A stretch of 64,000 bases of DNA from Mobula birostris (lineage: Eukaryota). The notes below the pieces were generated by a model that made no database searches, had not been told where the DNA came from, and saw only the letters and a list, made by a program, of their open reading frames with translations. Below are positions 61,700 to 64,000 of this stretch, piece by piece. Position 1 is the first letter of the stretch, and each line of letters begins with the position of its first letter. The DNA lies in assembly GCF_030028105.1 (NCBI RefSeq), contig NC_092371.1:14467884-14531883 (forward strand), given 5' to 3'. Position numbers and translations under genes: made by a program.

Positions 61700-64000
61700 A
61701 ATCGGAGCGGTAGTGCGGAGGAAGCCATTTTTGAATTTTTCGGTTTTTTTTTCCATCGGCGTTCAGAGAGGCGGGACTGCGCAGGCGTGTGACGCCGGGC
61801 AGTGAAGCGCGGAAGATTTAAAAGGAACAGAGCCTTATATAGCGGGCAGCGGAGTTTGCGGGCGGCGGAGTGAGCCGGGAGCAGAGTGAAGGCTTAAGGG
61901 CTTCGGCTCAACGGGCTAGGCGAGGAAGTTTTGGTATTCATTTTTTGTTGTTATTTGAGGAGAGGGGCAGTATGAGTGTGAGGGCAGTTTGTTGCTCTTG
62001 GTGCCGAATGCAGGAGGTCGTGGAGTCTCCAAGCCTCCCGGACGTCCACATCTGCGCCAGGTGCGCCGAGATGCAGCTCCTAACGGACCGCGTTAGGGAA
62101 CTGGAGCTGCAGCTCGATGACCTTTGCCTCGTCAGGGAGAGTGAGGAGTTGATAGAGAAGAGTTACAGGCAGGCGGTCACTCCGGGGCCACGGGAGGCAG
62201 ACAAGTAGGTCACGGTTAAGAGGGGGAAGAGGAAGAGACAGGTAATGGAGAGTACCCCAGTGGCTGTGCCCCTTGACAATAGGTACTCCTGTTTGAGTAC
62301 CACTGAGGGATGGGGGGACAGTGGCCGTGCCTCTGGCACAGAGTCCGGCCCTGTAGCTCAGAAGGGTAGGGGAAGAAAGAGGAGGGCAGTCGTAATAGGG
62401 GACTCGATAGTAAGGGGGTCAGATAGGCGATTCTGTGGACGCAGTCCAGGGACTCGGATGGTAGTTTGCCTCCCTGATGCCAGGGTCCGTGATATTTCTG
62501 ATCGCGTCCAAGATATCCTGAAATGGGAGGGTGAGGAGCCAAAGGTCGTGGTACAGATAGGTACCAATGACATAGGGCGGAAAAAGGAAGGGGTCCTGAA
62601 AGCAGAATATAGGGAGTTAGGAAGGGAGTTGAGAGAAAGGACTGCAAAGGTAGTAATCTCGGGATTACTGCCTGTGCTACGCGACAGTGAGAGTAGGAAT
62701 GCAATGAGGTGGAGAATAAACGCATGGCTGAGGGATTGGAGCAGGGGGCAGGGATTCAAGTTTTTGAATCATTAGGACCTCTTTTGGCGCAGGCGTGACC
62801 TGTACAAAAAGGACGAATTACACTTGAATCCTAGGGGGACCAATATCCTGGCGGGGAGATTTGCGAGGGCTACTGAGGTGACTTTAAACTAGAATGGTTG
62901 GGCGGTGGGAATCAAATTAAAGAGACTAGGAGAGAGGAGGTAAGTTCACAACAGGGGGATGGGAACAACTGCAGAGGGACAGAGGAGTGTAAAATGAGGG
63001 TAGAAACAAAAAGTAAAAATAGCAGACCAGCAAATCCAGGGCAAAAATCAAAAAGGGCCACTTTTCAACATAATTGTATAGGGGCCAAGAGTGTTGTAAA
63101 AGCAAGCCTGAAGGCTTTGTGTGTCAATGCAAGGAGCATTCGTAATAAAGTGGGTGAATTAAAAGTGCAGATAATTATTAATGAATATGATATAGTTGGG
63201 ATCACAGAGATACGGCTCCATGGTGACCAAGGCTGGGAGCTCAACAGTCAAGGATATTCAATATTCTGGAGGGATGGACATGAAAGAAAAGGAGGTGTGG
63301 TAGCATTGCTAGTTAGAGAAGAGATTAACGCAATGGGAAGGAAGGACATTAGCCGGGAGGATGTGGAATCGATATGGGTAGAGCTGCATAACAGAAAGGG
63401 GCAGAAAACGCTGGTGAGAGTTGTGTACAGGCCACCTAACAGTAGTAGTGCGGTTGGGGATGGCATTAAACAGGAAATTTGAAATGCGTGTAATAAAGGA
63501 ACAGCAGTTTTAATGGGTGACTTCAATCTACATATAGATTGGGTGACCAAATTGGTAAGGTGCTGAGGAAGACGATTTCTTGGAATGTATACGGGATTGT
63601 GTTTTGAACCAACATGTCGAGGAACCAACTAGAGAGCAGGCCATTCTAGATTGGGTATTGAGCAATGAGGAAGTGCTAATTTGCAAGCTTATTGTGAGAG
63701 GCCCCTTTGGGTAAGAGTGACTATAATATGGTGGAATTCTTCATTAAGATGGAGAGTGATATGGTTAATTCAGAAACAAAGGTTCTGAACTTAAAGAAGG
63801 GTAACTTTGAAGGTATGAGACGTGAATTAGCTAAGATAGACTGGCAAATGATACTTAAAGGGTTGACGGTGGATATGCAATGGGAAGCATTTAAAGATCG
63901 CATGGATGAACTACAACAATTGTTCATCCCATGTTGGCAAAAAAATAAATCAGGGAAGGTAGTGCTTCCGTGGCTGACAAGGGAAATTAGGGATAGTATC
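61700..64000 (+). mobile_element. CR1 LINE 5' end: 5' UTR, ORF1 (Cys-rich zinc finger plus SGNH esterase) and start of ORF2 (APE); continues beyond the window
   Basis: VRAVCCSWCRM...HICARC...VRELELQL (zinc finger/coiled coil); VVIGDSIVRG...VVVQIGTNDIG (GDSL/SGNH); LCVNARSIRNKVGEL...YDIVGITE...VVYRPP (APE); premature stops at 62208, 62775, 63482. Confidence 0.95.

Noticed and set aside
61970-62900. Zinc finger plus esterase ORF as a host gene
   Set aside because: It is the known CR1 ORF1 architecture, directly followed by the APE of ORF2, and has premature stops.

Overview
Eukaryotic, repeat-dominated vertebrate genomic DNA; the mix of CR1, Rex1/Babar, RTE, R4/Dong-like, Penelope, Gypsy, Tc1, hAT and tRNA-SINE relics suggests a cartilaginous fish, probably a ray (inference). 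Most of the window is decayed transposable elements. The one host gene I can reconstruct lies on the minus strand at 28179-33294. It has seven exons with GT-AG introns in consistent phase and encodes a 317-aa type I membrane protein: leader, germline-joined VJ-like Ig V domain, Ig C1 domain, uncharged TM, two short cytoplasmic exons and a terminal exon with a canonical ITIM (ILYASL). It has the shape of an antigen-receptor chain but no RSS, so it looks like a non-rearranging inhibitory receptor. Notable TE structures: a TSD-flanked fold-back LTR element carrying two inverted 5' ends (24122-25377); a miniature two-LTR retroelement with a 188-bp interior (5922-8614); a ~2.6-kb 32-bp minisatellite grown out of an LTR (41720-44335); a Gmr1-type Gypsy element with integrase upstream of a truncated RT (17811-24070); and a head-to-head CR1 pair forming a ~3-kb inverted repeat (48911-52015). 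The very long ORFs at 41.4-44.4 kb are artefacts of the minisatellite. Boundaries of decayed repeats are approximate and were read by eye.
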